DNA of 64,000 bases from Candidatus Latescibacterota bacterium. Lineage in GTDB: Bacteria > Latescibacterota > UBA2968 > UBA8231. Positions 39,469 through 49,864 of this stretch are shown piece after piece; positions within the stretch are counted from its first letter, which is position 1, and every line of letters begins with the position of its first letter. The stretch spans positions 576,001 to 640,000 of the forward strand of contig CBDAOB010000003.1 in NCBI GenBank assembly GCA_965197905.1. The letters run 5' to 3'. Both the position numbers and the translations under genes were made by a program. The notes under the pieces are model-generated. The model was not told the origin of the DNA, searched no databases, and saw only the letters and a program-made list of their open reading frames with translations.

Positions 39469-40535
39469 TTAGAACCGAACCAGGGACCACAGGTAGAATC
39501 TGCCGGTATCGACAGCGCCCCTGAATTCGTAGTTCATCAATACGCGAAAATCCTCGTTCCGTTCGCCATAATACGCGCCCACGGTGACGCGGACATCCTG
39601 CGTATCGTTGATCGAATCGTAGCTGAGTACCGGTCCGATCCCTCTGGATGACTTGCCGACGAAGGTCATGTAGTACCCGTGAATCGTTTCTTTGTCGCCC
39701 CTGTCCTTGTGTTTTCCGATGGCGAATTCGCCGTTCAGGTCGAAGCGGTCATGATCGAGAAAGAAATCGGTGCCGGCGCGATCGAATTTTACGAAGTAGC
39801 CGCCATCATAAATAGGATTGTTGCTGGTCTCGAATTTGTCACCATGAGCGGCGCTCGCGCCCAGAGTCCATTTGTAGCTTTCTTTCCGGAGAGTCCTACG
39901 CGACCGGACAGATTCTTGGCTTTGTTGTCGTCGCGCTGGGCGTTCATCCCAGCACCGTTGACAACCGAAAAAGCGTAGTCCAAGCGGGCTCCGCCACCTT
40001 TGGGCCCCTTGCCGATCAGGGTCACGCCGATGTCGCGGAGGTTTATGCCGCGAGAGAGTTCGTCCGCCATCTCGGGGCGGTTGACCACGTACAACCGACT
40101 GGATGAACGCTGATTGATAAAGCCGAACTTCACCTTGTGCTGGCCCAACCGCAGGGTATGCCTCTTGTTGAGCTTGACGTTGAAGAAGGCGTCGCGCAGG
40201 GTGCCGGCGTGGTCCGGTGCCCGGGGATCGACGTCGATTTCGTAGGTAATGCGACTGTTGACCCTTCCTTCCACACCGACGCGGGCCCGCTGGACCCGGA
40301 AGCGGAATTCGCCGCCGCCGATGGGATAGTTGAAATGGTTCTGCATATATCCAGTCACTTTCGGCTCGTCTCCCACTTCGAGTTCCTCGTCGACCTCGCT
40401 GATGGCGAAGCCGCGGCTACCGATGCTGGCAGTCAGCAGAAGTGCCAGAGCAGCTATCCCGCGTACGCCGCGGCGACCGGGAGCGCGAACAGACTGGCCC
40501 CGGAGCTCCTGCAAAACCCTCAATCCTCGGATCAT
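39469..40535 (-). pseudogene. Phosphate-selective porin OprO/OprP-like, frameshifted near 39888
   Basis: Signal peptide, FRVQRARVGVEG, LRDAF, GQHKVKFG, SSS.L..VNR, RDIGV, NGAG.N..DDNKAK. Second frame continues to ...YLWSLVRF. Confidence 0.8.
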
Positions 40536-40655
40536 GATTACTGCTCCTCCCTTTAGTCACGGCGACGCCGTGATGGTGGTATGCCGCCCCAGGAAACCGT
40601 GGTCGACCTTTGGACGCGACGTGTCGCGATTGCGTTACAGACATGTGACGGCTAT

Positions 40656-40672
40656 CGCAAGATGCGTGCCGA
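40656..40672 (-). promoter_or_regulatory. Sigma54 (-24/-12) promoter
   Basis: TCGGCACGCATCTTGCG versus consensus TGGCACG-N4-TTGCW. Exact GG-N10-GC spacing, about 120 nt upstream of the porin start. Confidence 0.8.
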
Positions 40673-40818
40673 TTGTCGGGCCGCGGCACGGAGTGGATCT
40701 TCAGGGTAATGGTGACCTGCTCCCACTCAGAGCGAAGGTCGAGAGGTCGATTCCTGCGGAAACGGGGCGATCGCGGGGGACAGGCCGGTTGGCAGAGGGG
40801 TGTGGTGCAGAAAGGAGC

Positions 40819-40851
40819 GCTAATTTTTCAGCATCTGCTCAAAATTAAGCA
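40819..40851. promoter_or_regulatory. Inverted repeat: candidate bEBP enhancer (UAS) and/or terminator
   Basis: GCTAATTTTTCAGCA-TC-TGCTCAAAATTAAGC, each half pseudo-palindromic, about 150-180 bp upstream of the sigma54 site. Confidence 0.5.
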
Positions 40852-40853
40852 CC

Positions 40854-42002
40854 CTAAAAGATGTATTCGGGGCCGACAAAAATGATGTGATCGAAGTAAT
40901 CTTCCACGTCAGAGGTCGATGCGTTCATCCGAAACAGATATCTCGTCTTGATGTTCAGGTTCGGCTTCCACTTGAACTTGAGGAATGATGAGGAGAGAAA
41001 GAGCCAGTCGGTTCGTTTCGGTATGATGATTCCTCCGTCATCTTCGTCCTCCCAGCTCTTGTGAATCAGCTCCTCGTATAGAGAGATGGAGGTCCGGTCG
41101 TTGAAGCGATAGGTGTAGAGCAGGGTGCCCTTGTGTTTGAGCAGATCGAACTCAGCGTCGATATCCTGGCTGTCTTCGTGTCCTTCGACCTCTCCGATGC
41201 GTCGGGGGTCAAACTCCGAGTTGTCCCTTTGCTGCATCAGGGTTCCACTGAAAACATGGCGGTTTGACATCAGCCAGTCGAATCCGGCCCGAACTGTTCG
41301 CCTCGAACCATCTTCCAGAATCTGCGATGGATCTGCCTCGTCGGTGTTGGCCGTGCCCTCGTACCACTGGAGATCGACGGAATAGTAGGTGGTCAGCTTG
41401 AAGCTCCACGTTGTGCGCACTTCCACGAAACCTCCGTTAACCGAATAGTCGAGCCAACGGGATTGTGGATAGCGCGTGCGGATGTTCTCCAGACCCACTT
41501 GAACCTGCCACAGCGGTGACAGGGTGCGTTCATAGGAGAGGATTCCAGTGTGGCGCAGGAAATCGAAATCATCGTCGTCCGGCACGGCGAGATACCGCAC
41601 TTCACTCGAGAGATTTAGGGCGTCGGCTCCGGATCGACGGGTAAGGGACAGGTGCGTGCGATTGAAAAACCAGTCTTCGGACCGATGCTCGGTGTGAAAG
41701 TTCGCATGACCGGTATAGCTAAGATCCAGCCACCAGTTCGGCCCCCAGGTTTGCTCCAGGCGGAGATTGGCCGTGGGTTCGGCGATGAAGGCGTCCTTCT
41801 GATCCTGCCCACTCTTCTTCTCGTCCACCAGGTCGAGATTGGAGTTGAACTTTCCATAGATGCCCGCCGAACCAGACACCTTGAGAGCGTCTGCCTCTCG
41901 AGCGTTGTCATCGGTGGTGCCAGCCTGCGCCTGCCCTTCAAGGAGAAAGACGCAAGGAACGAGAACCTGCAGACATGCTGATAGACCGCGATATGGAATC
42001 AT
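40854..42002 (-). CDS. Outer-membrane beta-barrel protein
   Basis: Signal peptide (AQA), amphipathic strands rich in aromatics, C-terminal VGPEYIF. Confidence 0.75.
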   Translation of the reverse strand: MIPYRGLSACLQVLVPCVFLLEGQAQAGTTDDNAREADALKVSGSAGIYGKFNSNLDLVDEKKSGQDQKDAFIAEPTANLRLEQTWGPNWWLDLSYTGHANFHTEHRSEDWFFNRTHLSLTRRSGADALNLSSEVRYLAVPDDDDFDFLRHTGILSYERTLSPLWQVQVGLENIRTRYPQSRWLDYSVNGGFVEVRTTWSFKLTTYYSVDLQWYEGTANTDEADPSQILEDGSRRTVRAGFDWLMSNRHVFSGTLMQQRDNSEFDPRRIGEVEGHEDSQDIDAEFDLLKHKGTLLYTYRFNDRTSISLYEELIHKSWEDEDDGGIIIPKRTDWLFLSSSFLKFKWKPNLNIKTRYLFRMNASTSDVEDYFDHIIFVGPEYIF

Positions 42003-42586
42003 CGATTTTCATCCTCTTGGCGTCGGAGGTGCTCTGCCGTTCGATTGTATTCCTGCAGCAGGTCTTGCAGGCGCGTTAGTTCCACCTTTACCAACGAGAG
42101 CGATCTTGTCAGTCCCTGTACGCGTTGAGCCGCAACCCTGCGACCCTCGCGCATGTTGTGCAGGCGTTGTTGAAGCTGGAGATCGCCACCTCTCTGAACC
42201 TTTGCCAGGTCATCCAGCACCTCGATCTGGATTGCGAAGGACCCCTGGCGATCGGTCCATTCCGCCATCGCGGAGGTCAGCCGAATCTGCTCCGCCATCA
42301 GTGCGTCCAGACGGTCTTTAATAATGTCTGATTTCTCGAGGATATCATCGGGGCCATCCAGTTCCCTGAGGGTGATAGCGGCGGTCAGGTCGCGCCAGCT
42401 CAGCCAGGCAAACGCCGGATCTCGAGATGCGCGCGTGGAGTCGATCGCGGTCGCAGGTTTGATGGCTGCCCTCGATGAGGAATCGGAAGCCACCGAGTCG
42501 ACCACCGCCGACTGCGCCGTCAGCGTAGACGCTCCGAAACAGACCACCGCCGTCGTGGCAACGATGTAGGCGATAGGACGTGTCAT
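41999..42586 (-). CDS. Exported coiled-coil hypothetical protein
   Basis: Signal peptide followed by a long heptad-rich helical region. ATGA overlap with next gene. Confidence 0.65.
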   Translation of the reverse strand: MTRPIAYIVATTAVVCFGASTLTAQSAVVDSVASDSSSRAAIKPATAIDSTRASRDPAFAWLSWRDLTAAITLRELDGPDDILEKSDIIKDRLDALMAEQIRLTSAMAEWTDRQGSFAIQIEVLDDLAKVQRGGDLQLQQRLHNMREGRRVAAQRVQGLTRSLSLVKVELTRLQDLLQEYNRTAEHLRRQEDENR

Positions 42587-42596
42587 CACGCGATGG

Positions 42597-43973
42597 TTAG
42601 TCTTCGATGCCGTACTTCTTGAGTTTGTAGCGCAACCGATTGCGATCGATGCCGAGCATCTTCGCAGTGCGCGCCTTGACCTTGTCGGACTTCTCGAAAG
42701 CATGAAGGATGAGTCGCCGCTCGTAATCGTCCATTTCCCGATCGAAATCCACATCTCCCTCCGGCATCGAAAGATTGGTTTGGCGGCCGCTATCGAGGCT
42801 CACGGGGAGCGCGTCGTCACCGATTTCATCCGTTTCGCTCAGAATCGCCGCCCGCTCGATGACATTCTGCAATTCGCGGATATTTCCTGGCCAAGCGTAT
42901 CCCATGATGATCTCCATCGCCCGCCGCGAAAGACCGCTGATATTTCGCTTCAGGCGGGCGGATTGAAATCGGCAAAAGCTCTCTACCAACGCCGGCACGT
43001 CCTCCATTCGCGCGCGCAGGGGAGGAAGCGAAATGGAGATCACGTTGAGTCGGTAGTAGAGGTCTTCGCGAATCTGACCTTCCTTGACCGCCACCGTCAG
43101 GTCCCGGTTGGTAGCCGCGATAATGCGGCTGTCGAGATGCAACGTTTTCGTACCTCCCACCCGCTCGAACTCACGCTCCTGCAGCACGCGAAGCAGCTTG
43201 ACCTGGATATCCGGGGGAATCTCGCCCACTTCATCCAAAAACAGGGTGCCCTTGTCAGCCAACTCCAACCGCCCCAGCTTGCGCGACACGGCTCCGGTAA
43301 AAGCCCCCCTTTCGTGACCGAAGAGTTCGCTTTCCAGGACCCCTTCGGCGTAAGCGGCGCAGTTTGCGGCGACGAACGCGTCGCCGCTACGGGGACTCTC
43401 CCGGTGTATGGCGCGCGCCACCAACTCCTTGCCCGTACCGCTTTCCCCGTGGATCAGCACCGTCGAATCAGTGGGAGCCACCTTGCGAATGTCATCGAAT
43501 ACCTGATTGATCGCCTGGCTGTTGCCGACGATCTCCCCCATTCCCAGTGGATTGGACTCGTCTTCGAAGGAGGCAATGCGGGCGTTCATCCGCTCGAGCT
43601 CCAGCACCAGCTCGCGCTGAGCCGTGGCGCGCTCGAACTTCACCCTTAGTTCCTTGTCATCGTACGGTTTGGTGAGGAAATCGAAGGCGCCAAGCTTCAT
43701 GGCCTCAACGGCGGTTTCGACGCTGCCGAAGGCGGTAACGACGATGACGATCACCTCGGGCCAGCGACTCCGCACCGTGCGCAGGAGCTCCATTCCGTCG
43801 AGATTCGGCATGCGAAGATCGGTGACCAGAAGATCCACCGTCTCCTCCTCGAGAACGGAAAGCGCTTGCACCCCGTCGTAAGCGGCGGTACTGGTGTGGT
43901 TCCAGCGGTTCACCAGCGCGCAAAGCGTCTCGGTCGTGGTTCGGTTGTCATCGACGATAAGAATGTTGGCCAT
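42597..43973 (-). CDS. Sigma54-dependent NtrC/AtoC-family response regulator
   Basis: REC (LIVDD, DLRMP, KP), AAA+ GESGTGKE, ESELFGHERGAFTGA, LFLDE, DLYYRL, WPGNIREL, Fis-type HTH. Confidence 0.95.
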   Translation of the reverse strand: MANILIVDDNRTTTETLCALVNRWNHTSTAAYDGVQALSVLEEETVDLLVTDLRMPNLDGMELLRTVRSRWPEVIVIVVTAFGSVETAVEAMKLGAFDFLTKPYDDKELRVKFERATAQRELVLELERMNARIASFEDESNPLGMGEIVGNSQAINQVFDDIRKVAPTDSTVLIHGESGTGKELVARAIHRESPRSGDAFVAANCAAYAEGVLESELFGHERGAFTGAVSRKLGRLELADKGTLFLDEVGEIPPDIQVKLLRVLQEREFERVGGTKTLHLDSRIIAATNRDLTVAVKEGQIREDLYYRLNVISISLPPLRARMEDVPALVESFCRFQSARLKRNISGLSRRAMEIIMGYAWPGNIRELQNVIERAAILSETDEIGDDALPVSLDSGRQTNLSMPEGDVDFDREMDDYERRLILHAFEKSDKVKARTAKMLGIDRNRLRYKLKKYGIED

Positions 43974-43982
43974 CTTCAAATC

Positions 43983-45470
43983 CTAACTGGGCGAGAGGCG
44001 ATCGGCCGGCAGATGAATTGTGAATCGGGCGCCTCCTGCGGGTAGATTGTCCGCCTGGATTCGGCCGCCGTGCTCGACTACGATTTTCCGCGCATTTGCC
44101 AGACCCAGTCCGGTGCCGTCGGCTTTGGTGGTGAAGAAAGGATCGAAGAGATGCGGCAGAACGTCCGGCTCGATGCCGGAACCCGAATCTTCGGTTATGA
44201 AGTCCAATCCACCATCGTCCTCGGAGCGGCTCAAATAAACCTTCACCTTTCCCCCATCTGGACAGGCCTGGATGGCGTTCATGACGATATTGAGCAAAGT
44301 CTGTTCCATGCGCAGGCGATCGATGGAAATCGCCGACCGTCGATCGACTTCCGCCAGTTCGAGGGTGACGTTTCTGGTGCTCGCCTCTACGGCGGCCACA
44401 TCGATTACGGTGACGACCAGATCGGCCGCCACCACTTGGTCGCGTATCAGGGTCACCGGACGAGCATAGGTCAGGAACTCTTCGATGAACCGATTGAGCT
44501 TGCCGATCTCGTAGTGCAGCGTATCGATCGTTTTCCGGTGACCAGGCTCTTTCTCCACACCGAGCTGCTCGTCGAGCAGAGCGATCAGCAGTTTGATGGA
44601 GTTGAGAGGGTTGCGAATCTCATGAGCCACGCTGGCCCCCATCTCCTTGAGGGCGGCGTCCCGCGCTCGCACCTGCTCCGCCATGCGGTTTATCGCCTCG
44701 CCCAGTATTCCCACCTCATCTCTGGAATTCACCGAGGCCCGGGCTTGATAATTCCCCGCCCCCAGGCGCTCGGCCGTGAGCGCCATCTGCCGTACAGGAG
44801 AGGTGATGCTGCGCACGAACAGCAATGCCAGCAGACAGGCCCCCGCGATACAGAGAAAAGTGATGAGGTAGAGGCGCGAGCGCATCTGCGAGATGAGCGC
44901 CAGCTCGCCGGCGCCGGCATCCACCCCCACGATGGCAGCCAGCTTTCCGTGTGCATCGGTGACGGGAGCGTAGGCCGAAATGAAGAACTCGTCTCCTGCG
45001 GCGAGGTATCCAGTGGTGTTGACCGAGCCTCCCGCCGCGAGTTGGTCGCGCATGACCCTGGTCAGGTGCGGAAGATCCACGCGACTTCCGATCAACCTGT
45101 CGTCTATGTCCAGCAAGCTGAAGCCGTCAGGGCGAAACAGGCCGATGCGCGCAACTCCGGTTGCCGCTTGAATTTCCTGCAGCTTCTCCTTTTCCCGGCG
45201 CACCATTCGGGTCTGGTCATCGCCGACGCGAATAAGCTGCAGCCGTTCGATCGGCGTGCTCTTGGCGCCGATGCGCGCGATGTACTGCAGCTTGCGCCCC
45301 ACCTCCCTCTCCAAATGCCCTTTGGCGGTGTTGAAGAAAAGGAGCCCGATCCCACCGGAGATCAAGAGGATTATGAGGATGTACTGGAGCAGCTGTTTGG
45401 CATAGATGGACCGGCCCATGAATTGCCACCACCTGGGGCCCGAATGCCTCTCCATCACCCTCGGCGTCAC
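43983..45470 (-). CDS. Membrane sensor histidine kinase (HAMP)
   Basis: 2 TM, HAMP, VAHEIRNPL, NAIQA, DSGSGI, FFTTK..GTGLGL. Confidence 0.95.
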   Translation of the reverse strand: MTPRVMERHSGPRWWQFMGRSIYAKQLLQYILIILLISGGIGLLFFNTAKGHLEREVGRKLQYIARIGAKSTPIERLQLIRVGDDQTRMVRREKEKLQEIQAATGVARIGLFRPDGFSLLDIDDRLIGSRVDLPHLTRVMRDQLAAGGSVNTTGYLAAGDEFFISAYAPVTDAHGKLAAIVGVDAGAGELALISQMRSRLYLITFLCIAGACLLALLFVRSITSPVRQMALTAERLGAGNYQARASVNSRDEVGILGEAINRMAEQVRARDAALKEMGASVAHEIRNPLNSIKLLIALLDEQLGVEKEPGHRKTIDTLHYEIGKLNRFIEEFLTYARPVTLIRDQVVAADLVVTVIDVAAVEASTRNVTLELAEVDRRSAISIDRLRMEQTLLNIVMNAIQACPDGGKVKVYLSRSEDDGGLDFITEDSGSGIEPDVLPHLFDPFFTTKADGTGLGLANARKIVVEHGGRIQADNLPAGGARFTIHLPADRLSPS

Positions 45471-45472
45471 CG

Positions 45473-46561
45473 TCAGCTCGCAACCAGGTCGAAGGCGGAT
45501 TCCGCCCTCGGTTTCCCGTTAACCATGATCTGTATCACGTGTTTCCCCGAGTAGTGTTTTCTAGTTGAGAAATCCTTGAAGAGCTGTGTCTTGCTGAGTT
45601 CGATCGCTTCGCCGGGTCCCAGATCGATCTCGGTGAGCTTGAACACCTTCGGACTCGAATTTCCCGATTTCTTGACGTATTGAACGACGTAGTCGATAGA
45701 GAGTTTCTGGGTACGCTTCTTCGTCGACTTGAGCGAAACGTGGAAACGTAGTGAAGATCCCAGGCGCAACCGCTTCTTGCTCAGAACCAGCGGACCTAGT
45801 GCAACTCTTGGCCGGGCTGCGAAACCCAAAAACGGAAACGCCCGCGGATGACCCGCTTTGACCAGGGTCCTGGCCGCCCGTTTTATGATCCAATTAGTGC
45901 GGTCATCAGTTCGATCCCACGATGATACGAGATCGAGCGTCCACTCCGGGTGGTTCCTGGATATGTCATTGAGATGGTTGGCAACCGACTTTCGCACGTA
46001 CAGACTCTCGTCGGCGCGGAGGTTCTCCAGGATGGGTTTGGTCAGCGACGGATCGGCGATGAACTCGGCTAGGTTGAACGACCAGGGTAGTCTTGGACGG
46101 CTACCCTCGCTGGAAAGCCGGCGCACGTGGTGATTCTCGTCTGTGGACCATCTCTCCATTGCGGCGAGGGTGCGTTTTCGATCGCGAATCAGAAACTCGC
46201 GAACGGCGAATTCAGAGGAGGGGTAGACGGTTAGGTACTTCAGAGCCTCCAACGACTCTTCCAAGCGGTCCAGTCCGTAAAGACCGACGAAATCTGGACA
46301 GAACATACCGGTGAACTCGCCTTCGTAGAGCGGGGCGACCTCGAAGAGTAACCGTAAGGCTTTGTCGTAGCTTTGGGGTAGAAAACGATGGCAGGTGACC
46401 GTCGTCCGACGCAGACGCTGCTTTAACTCTAGCTTCTCCAGGTCGATGATGGCCGTCGCATAGAAGGACTTGCGATCAAACGACGGTTCGATCTTGCCGA
46501 TAGCGGTGGCAAGTCCCCGCTAGAACTCGGGATTGAACCATTCCTTCAGTTCCGTGGGCAT
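45473..46561 (-). pseudogene. DNA alkylation repair protein (AlkC-like) with premature TAG at codon 14
   Basis: MPTELKEWFNPEF*RGLA...LELKQR..., SSEFAVR, HVRRLSSEGSRPRLPW, YVRKSVANHLNDIS, KVFKL, TRKHYSG. TAG at 46520-46522. Confidence 0.85.
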
Positions 46562-46570
46562 GTGGAGACA

Positions 46571-48492
46571 CTAGACCGATCGCCGCATTTTCTCCGTTAA
46601 GAAACGCACCTTCGGCACGATGGCTTTTGCCAGCTCCGAGAATTCATCGAGCTGAATCAGGCTCTGATCCAGGAATCCGTGAGGCAGGAATCGGGCGTTT
46701 TCCGTCAGTTCCGCGGAGGCCAGATTGCCGACCAGCGGAAACTTGCAATGCCTCGGGAATGGATAGATGGCCTGGCCGATGATATCCGCCATGCCGACGA
46801 GAAAGGTAAACGAATTCTCCAGGTGGGGTCGATGGTGGTAGAGGACGACATTCGCCAGTTCGTCTCCCAATCCCCACTTGCGCACCAGAATTTCGCCGAC
46901 CACAGTATGGCTCAACCCTCCGGCGACGGTGCGTTCGACGTCGGCCATGGGAACCTTCCACTCCCGCTCCTCCAGTTCTTTCACGATGAGGGAGAAGAGC
47001 CCGGGATACGACTGCACCATGACCCCCTTGCCGATGTCGTGTAGGATACCGCCCACGAACGGATTCTCGCGCGGGTGGTCGAGCTTCAATCTTCCGGGTA
47101 GGTCGATCTCACGCATCGCCTGCACCGTCTCGTCCCCCAGTCCCAACGCCTGCAACGTGCTGGCAGATTTCGGATCCGCTTCGTCCAGGGGGATAGACAG
47201 AATGTAGGCGGCGAATCCGACGGCCAGGTTGTGCAACCAAAAATCCTCCAGGTCGAAGCCGACCTCGGACACCGCTTCGAGGGTTTGGCGCATCGCCTCG
47301 CTGGCAACCATCCGGCGACGCTTTCCTTTCCCAGGAGAATGACGGCCCGGTCTACCTCGGTGACACTGCTAACAAAACCGTGCGACAGAGAGTTGGCGTG
47401 GCGCAGAATTGCGGCGCAGGTCAGGGGATCCACCTTGATGATCTTGATCCAGTCGCGCAGATCGCTGTCCGGATCCCGCGACAGTAGAAGTATTCGTTCG
47501 TAGACCTGAGGCAACGGCGGGAGGGTGGTCATCGTGTCCAGGTCGTTTACCACGCGACGGTGAATCTCTTGGGGGGTAAGCACTTCCTTCTTGCCCCCGA
47601 CGGTCGCGTTGCGGTCTTGAGCCACGTAGTTCTCGATTAAGCCGGTGAATTTGGCGGTGTCCAGGGAAGAGCGTTTCGCCGTCTTGACGCCGAGTTTCCG
47701 CAGCCCGGTTCGATGTGTTTTGGGAACGTCGTCCGGGTTGTCGTACACCAGCATGACCGCCACGTCTTGCGACTTATTGATGGCGAGCAGGCGAACGATC
47801 AGGGTAGGATTGCCACGACAGCCGGTGGAAAGCAGGATCAATCTCACCCATTTCTCGGCATTCCCCTTCCGCATCTGGCTCATGATCTCGGACGTGCTGT
47901 CCTTGATGACGTATCCGATGTGAACGTCCGTGCGAGACTGGTTGTAGAGGGTGATGGCACTTCCGGCATTGCTGAAGTACTCAGCCACGCGGCGATGCTC
48001 TGGTGCGGAAAGCTCCGTTAGGGACTCGACGGCATCGCCAAACACGATGTGCGGGCTTTCAACCTGCAACATCGAGGCCGTCTGCTCATCCCAAAGTCTC
48101 TGCAGTGTGCGTTCCGCCAGTGCACGGCGATGCCCTCGATGCAAAGAGGCGATCTTCCGTTTCAGGGCTTCCGCCTTCACGGGCCGTACCAGAACCGCTT
48201 CGATACCCAGCTGCGCCGCGCGCACGATGTCCGATTTCTCGGCCCGATCCGCCACCAGCAGAATCGGCAGGCTGTTGCTCTTTTCCTCGCCGCGGATCTG
48301 TCTCACGAACTCCGAACTGACGTTTCCCAGCCCGCTGGTTTCCGCGAGGACCAGGTCGAAGGTCGAGTCGCGCAGGCTGCTCCATGCATCCTCGAAGTCG
48401 TGGACGAGAGCGGGGTTCATCTTCCAATCCTGGAGCCATCCTTGCACCTCAGGACTGGTAACACCCTCCTCCCTGAACAACAGTACATCCAT
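46571..48492 (-). pseudogene. Receiver-like plus HDOD domain protein, frameshifted near 47312
   Basis: LPPLPQV, DPLTCA.ILR.ANS, RAVILLG, then FWLHNLAVG, GILHDIGK, HTVVGE.L..KWGL, HH. Adding one G joins the frames. Confidence 0.8.
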
Positions 48493-48730
48493 TTTCTAAC
48501 GCCTAAGTTGTTAATAATTATAGCCTTGGAAGATAAATGGCTAGCGGGAAAAGTCAAGTATTTTCGAGCTTGGGCGTCCCCACAGCACGCGAATATCGAA
48601 AGGCTGTGTGACTCCGACGCCGCTCATACCAAGGTTGGAAAAACATTCTTTGCACCTTTCGGTGGATGTGTGCGGCAAGCCGGCTCCCTAGATTGCCGCC
48701 AGTTACCGTTCAAATTCTCAGGAGGGAACT

Positions 48731-49420
48731 ATGGCACGCATCATGATCGTCGGATTCGGCGATGAAGGCACGGATATGGCGGCAACGTTGGCGGCGAGTT
48801 TGGGACCAGTCGCCCGAATGGAGGGGATCGAAGGTAATCCCACGCCACCGCCGGGTACCGAGATTGTTGTTTTGGATGGAGATCGAGAGGGCGGAGATCC
48901 TCTGCAAGCCGTGCGCTATTGGGGCGCGAGCGGGATGGACCCAATCCTACTCTCGAGCGAGTTGTCGGTCGACACGGTTTTGGGCATGATGCGGGCAGGA
49001 GCTCGGGAAATTCTTCAGAAACCCGTGGACATGGAAGAGCTGGAGGGGATCTTGGTCGCCATGCTCGAGCGCCGTCGTCCCACGATTCACGGCCTGGCTC
49101 GGCGCATCGACGCGTTCGTCCTGCGCCACGCCGGACGAGAGGCGTTTTGCCTGCGCGACGTCGGACGCCGGTTCAACATCAGTCCCGGCTACGCCTCACG
49201 GTTGTATCGCCGGTACGTGGGCACCTCGTTTCGCAGCCGATTGCTGGAGGTCCGGGTCCGACGCGCGAAACAGCTGATAGAGCGAACCGACGATCCGTTC
49301 TATCTGGTTGCCGAACGCTGCGGTTTTCGCTCGTCCGGGCGACTGACGGAGGCCTTCCGCCGGGTTGAAGGGATGCCGCCGAAGAGCTACCGCGAGATTT
49401 GCCGGGTCAGTTCGCGTTGA
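48731..49420 (+). CDS. AraC-family regulator with degenerate receiver domain
   Basis: RAGAREILQKP. C-terminal ISPGYASRL...RVRRAKQL...VAERCGF...AFRRVEGMPP.SYR. RBS AGGAGG. Confidence 0.88.
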   Translation: MARIMIVGFGDEGTDMAATLAASLGPVARMEGIEGNPTPPPGTEIVVLDGDREGGDPLQAVRYWGASGMDPILLSSELSVDTVLGMMRAGAREILQKPVDMEELEGILVAMLERRRPTIHGLARRIDAFVLRHAGREAFCLRDVGRRFNISPGYASRLYRRYVGTSFRSRLLEVRVRRAKQLIERTDDPFYLVAERCGFRSSGRLTEAFRRVEGMPPKSYREICRVSSR

Positions 49421-49601
49421 TTCGTGCTTCCTGCCGCCGCCGCCAGATTCTTCGCTTGCGCACGTACGGGGTCTCGATGCCGTGACGCCGACACGCCCTT
49501 CCGAAACTGCGCATGTCGATGCCAAGTGCTGCGCTCGCCTCCTTGTTAGTTTTATAGATTCTGGCAGCCCGTTCGAGCAGTGGTCTGGCGGTCTCTCGCA
49601 T
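49407..49601 (-). CDS. Small basic Fis-like HTH protein
   Basis: LERAARIYKTNKEASAALGIDMRSFGRACRRHGI has an HTH pattern, 64 aa. Confidence 0.6.
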   Translation of the reverse strand: MRETARPLLERAARIYKTNKEASAALGIDMRSFGRACRRHGIETPYVRKRRIWRRRQEARINAN

Positions 49602-49864
49602 TGAAGGTACCCTTCGTTGATGTCGCAGCGCCCCTTTGGCGCCGCCGGTGGGAGATCGAGGCTCTGTTCCATTACCCACCTTCACGGATGCACTTTCGCA
49701 TAAGTGCACGATGAACGGGATTCGTTGCGATTTTTGTGAAGAAATTCTCGCCGCAGCCGATGCCCGGAAGGAGGAGCAGGCGGAACCGGAACGCTTACCA
49801 GGGGTCTAATGATCGGAACTTGATACCACGTAATACTTACCATACATATACGTGGCGGTTAGTG

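Noticed and set aside
46520..46522. In-frame TAG in the alkylation repair gene as pyrrolysine or amber recoding
   Set aside because: It is one base from TAC (Tyr), lies in a non-catalytic N-terminal position, has no pyl context, and TAG ends many genes here. More likely an error or nonsense mutation.
31000..47320. Programmed ribosomal frameshifting or phase variation at the frameshift sites
   Set aside because: No slippery heptamers or long homopolymer or SSR tracts at the junctions. The runs are only 1-3 nt.
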